A DNA stretch of 37,367 bases from Acidimicrobiia bacterium (GTDB taxonomy: Bacteria; Actinomycetota; Acidimicrobiia; IMCC26256; PALSA-555). The position numbers and the translations under genes are program-made. Within the stretch, counting starts at the first letter, position 1. Each line of letters begins with the position of its first letter. Below are positions 35,358 through 37,367 of this stretch, piece by piece. A model generated the notes under the pieces. It was given only the letters and a program-made list of their open reading frames with translations, searched no databases and was not told the origin of the DNA. Where the stretch lies: the NCBI GenBank assembly GCA_022865365.1, contig JALHSW010000244.1, positions 1 through 37,367 of the forward strand, written 5' to 3'.

Positions 35358-36326
35358 ATGGGCATTCCCAAGATCTGGGTGTACGCCGAGGCCGAGGGCG
35401 ACAAGCCGGTCACGAGCACGCTGGAGCTCCTCACCAAGGCGCGCGAGATCGGTGACGCGGTCGAGTGCGTGTACGTGGGCGCGAACGCCGACGCACTTGC
35501 CGGCGCGCTCGGTGAGCACGGCGCGACCAAGGTGCATGCGGTCGACGGGGGCGACGTGCTGTCCGGTGTCGTCGGCGCCTCTGCGCTCGCAGCGCTGGTC
35601 GCGGCCGAGCAGCCCGACCTCGTGCTGTTCGCCCAGAGCTACGACGGGCGCGACGCGCTCTCTCGGCTCTCGGTGAAGCTCGACCGCCCGGTCCTCACCA
35701 ACGGCACCGACCTGAAGGTCGACGGTGACTCGGTGCTGGTGAGCACCGCGATCTTCGGCGGCAACACGCTCGTCGACACGGTGTTCGAGGGCGAGAAGCC
35801 GTTCCTCGCGGCGATCCGCCCGAAGTCGTTCGCGGCCGAGCCAGGTGGCGGCGCTGCCGCCGAGGTCGTAGCAGCCGACCCCGGCGACGCGGGTCGTGCC
35901 GCCGAGGCGAAGGTGCTCGAGCGCCACGTCGAGGAGCGCGAGGGGCCGAAGCTGGAGGAAGCCACTGTCGTCGTGTCCGGCGGTCGTGGCATCGGGAGCG
36001 CCGAGGCGTACGGGCCGCTCGTCGAGGAGCTCGCGAAGCTCCTCAACGGTGCATCAGGGGCGTCGCGCGCGATCGTCGACGCCGGATGGGTGCCGTACTC
36101 CAAGCAGGTCGGCCAGACCGGCAAGACGGTGAAGCCCAAGCTCTACGTCGCGCTCGGCATCTCGGGTGCCACGCAGCACCTCGTGGGCATGAAGGGCTCC
36201 GACACGATCCTCGCGATCAACAAGGACGGCGAAGCACCGATCTTCTCGGTGGCCGATCTCGGCATCGTCGGTGACGTGCACAAGGTCGTCCCCAAGCTGA
36301 TCGAGGCGCTCAAGGCCCGAGGCTGA
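35358..36326 (+). CDS. etfA: Electron transfer flavoprotein, alpha subunit
   Basis: C-terminal FAD-binding signature [35 protein letters not shown]. Confidence 0.9.
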   Translation: MGIPKIWVYAEAEGDKPVTSTLELLTKAREIGDAVECVYVGANADALAGALGEHGATKVHAVDGGDVLSGVVGASALAALVAAEQPDLVLFAQSYDGRDALSRLSVKLDRPVLTNGTDLKVDGDSVLVSTAIFGGNTLVDTVFEGEKPFLAAIRPKSFAAEPGGGAAAEVVAADPGDAGRAAEAKVLERHVEEREGPKLEEATVVVSGGRGIGSAEAYGPLVEELAKLLNGASGASRAIVDAGWVPYSKQVGQTGKTVKPKLYVALGISGATQHLVGMKGSDTILAINKDGEAPIFSVADLGIVGDVHKVVPKLIEALKARG

Positions 36327-36355
36327 TCCGGCTGCCCAGGTTCATGACCGTTGCC

Positions 36356-36432
36356 GTGATGGGCCGAACGTGATGGGCCGAACGTGATGGGCCGAACGTG
36401 ATGGGCCGAACCTGATGGGCCGAACCTGATGG
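36356..36432 (+). repeat. 14-bp tandem repeat, 5 full copies plus a 7-nt partial copy, ending in the GNAT start codon
   Basis: The unit (g/c)tgatgggccgaac starts at 36356, 36370, 36384, 36398 and 36412, with a partial copy ctgatgg at 36426. Confidence 0.95.
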
Positions 36433-37034
36433 ACATCGAGGTCCGGACGCTCACGGCCGAGGAGAAGCCGGCGGCCGGCGCCATCGCGGGTCGCGCGCTC
36501 TCCGACAACCCGACGTTCCGCTGGGCCGCGGGCGACGACGCCCTCGCCCGGGTCGGCGGCTGCCTCGATCTCTTCGTCGGGTTCGTCGATGGTCTCGCGG
36601 ATCCTCAGCTCGGCGCGTTCCTCGGTGGTCACGTGGTGGGCGTGTGTGGCGCCGCGCCGCCCGACGCGTGCATCGGCGCGATCGCACCCGCCGAGCTGCG
36701 GACTCCTCCCACGGAGATCGGTGGACCCGGGGACGACTCGCGCGCGCTGCTCGTGTGGTCGCTGTTCTGCGGTCACGATCTCGAGGAACGCCACTGGCAC
36801 CTCGGCCCGGTGTCGGTCGAACCGGTGCTCCAGGGACATGGGGTGGGCGCGAAGCTGCTCCGACCGTTCTGCGAACGGATGGACGACGAAGGCGAGATCG
36901 TCTGGCTCGAGACCGACAAGCCCGGCAACGTCGTGTTCTACCGACGCCATGGCTTCGAGGTCGTCGAAGAGGTGACCGCGCCCGAGGCCGACGACGCGTT
37001 CACGACCTGGTTCATGCGCCGCGCCCCTCGCTGA
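36429..37034 (+). CDS. GNAT-family N-acetyltransferase
   Basis: [15 protein letters not shown] (acetyl-CoA loop) and FYRRHGFEV, with GC3-rich codons. Confidence 0.75.
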   Translation: MDIEVRTLTAEEKPAAGAIAGRALSDNPTFRWAAGDDALARVGGCLDLFVGFVDGLADPQLGAFLGGHVVGVCGAAPPDACIGAIAPAELRTPPTEIGGPGDDSRALLVWSLFCGHDLEERHWHLGPVSVEPVLQGHGVGAKLLRPFCERMDDEGEIVWLETDKPGNVVFYRRHGFEVVEEVTAPEADDAFTTWFMRRAPR

Positions 37035-37367
37035 GGTCTCCGTCACCGGCGACTCCTTCATCCGCGTCTTCGTCAGCGACGTCGCTCTCACCGACGACTC
37101 CTTCACCGACGACAGCGTCCCAGAGCGACCACCACGTCGAACCGGCAACGAGCACGTGGTCGAGCAGCAGCACCCCGTCGGTGAGACATGCTCGCCCGAG
37201 CGCGAGGAACCCGTCGACGTCAGCCTCGGCAATGAGCTCGCGCTCGTCGGCGAGGAGCGATACGAGGACCAGGGCTTGCGCGTCGAGCTCGCGGGCCAAC
37301 GCCACGAGCTGACCGCGGTCGACCGCCGGGTGATCGACGGGGGTGGGCCTGATGCCGAGGCCGGTCA
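37012..37367 (-). CDS. Hypothetical protein, 3' part only (open to the window edge), with an acidic C-terminal tail and weak RadC/JAB-C-terminal-like resemblance
   Basis: The frame is open from base 37365 down to TGA 37014-37012. ...ALVLVSLLADEREL..ACLTDGVLLLDHVLVAG loosely recalls the RadC-like C-terminal region, but no HNHPSG-type motif is visible. It overlaps the GNAT 3' end by 23 nt. Confidence 0.4.
   Translation of the reverse strand, partial: TGLGIRPTPVDHPAVDRGQLVALARELDAQALVLVSLLADERELIAEADVDGFLALGRACLTDGVLLLDHVLVAGSTWWSLWDAVVGEGVVGESDVADEDADEGVAGDGDLSEGRGA

Noticed and set aside
36342-37312. Minus-strand 296-aa ORF 36342..37232 and plus-strand 222-aa ORF 36644..37312
   Set aside because: They overlap the GNAT gene in other frames. 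The minus-strand ORF merely reads through the 14-nt repeat array ([12 protein letters not shown] repeats) and has no start context.

Overview
This is a very GC-rich (by eye about 70%) actinobacterial-type chromosomal segment, densely packed with about 38 protein-coding genes. I found no rRNA, tRNA, CRISPR array, transposase, integrase or prophage signature. All family calls rest on motifs read from the supplied translations, with no database search. Start codons are often ambiguous, since GTG/TTG starts are common here. Three blocks stand out. (1) Positions 1-9.7 kb hold a cation-homeostasis cluster: an MgtE-type channel with a PhoU/RCK_C regulator, two P-type ATPases flanking a long ribosome-hibernation-factor gene, and a VIT1/CCC1 gene translationally coupled to corA. 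(2) Positions 9.8-23.5 kb hold mixed housekeeping genes: acyl-CoA dehydrogenase, class III cyclase, secreted peptidase, mca, SCP2, GNAT, ChbG-like deacetylase, thiolase, a lipoprotein, Qor, DsbA-like, PAP2, nitrilase-family and a Cas4-like RecB nuclease. (3) Positions 23.6-37.4 kb hold a redox/catabolic block: three luciferase-like (LLM) oxidoreductases, cupin, family III CoA-transferase, SDR, an AspH-like cupin, SnoaL-like, Zn-ADH, geranylgeranyl-reductase-like, etfBA and GNATs. I do not see a recognisable new multi-gene system such as a defence or biosynthetic island. The most unusual thing I can support directly is a recurring micro-architecture. At three separate gene starts (21.4 kb, 23.6 kb, 36.4 kb), tandem repeats with an exact 14-nt period duplicate the start-codon region. 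They create chains of 4-5 codon mini-ORFs whose stop codons overlap the next ATG (TGATG or ATGA). The largest array, 5.5 copies, lies between etfA and a GNAT gene. Secondary points of interest are an HPF with a visibly duplicated C-terminal domain and a His-rich linker set between metal transporters, a Gly/Pro/Gln-repeat membrane protein, and a lipoprotein split by a Pro/Thr/Ser-rich insert. Many long ORFs in the track are Arg/Pro/Gly-rich off-frame or antisense artefacts of GC-rich DNA and were rejected.
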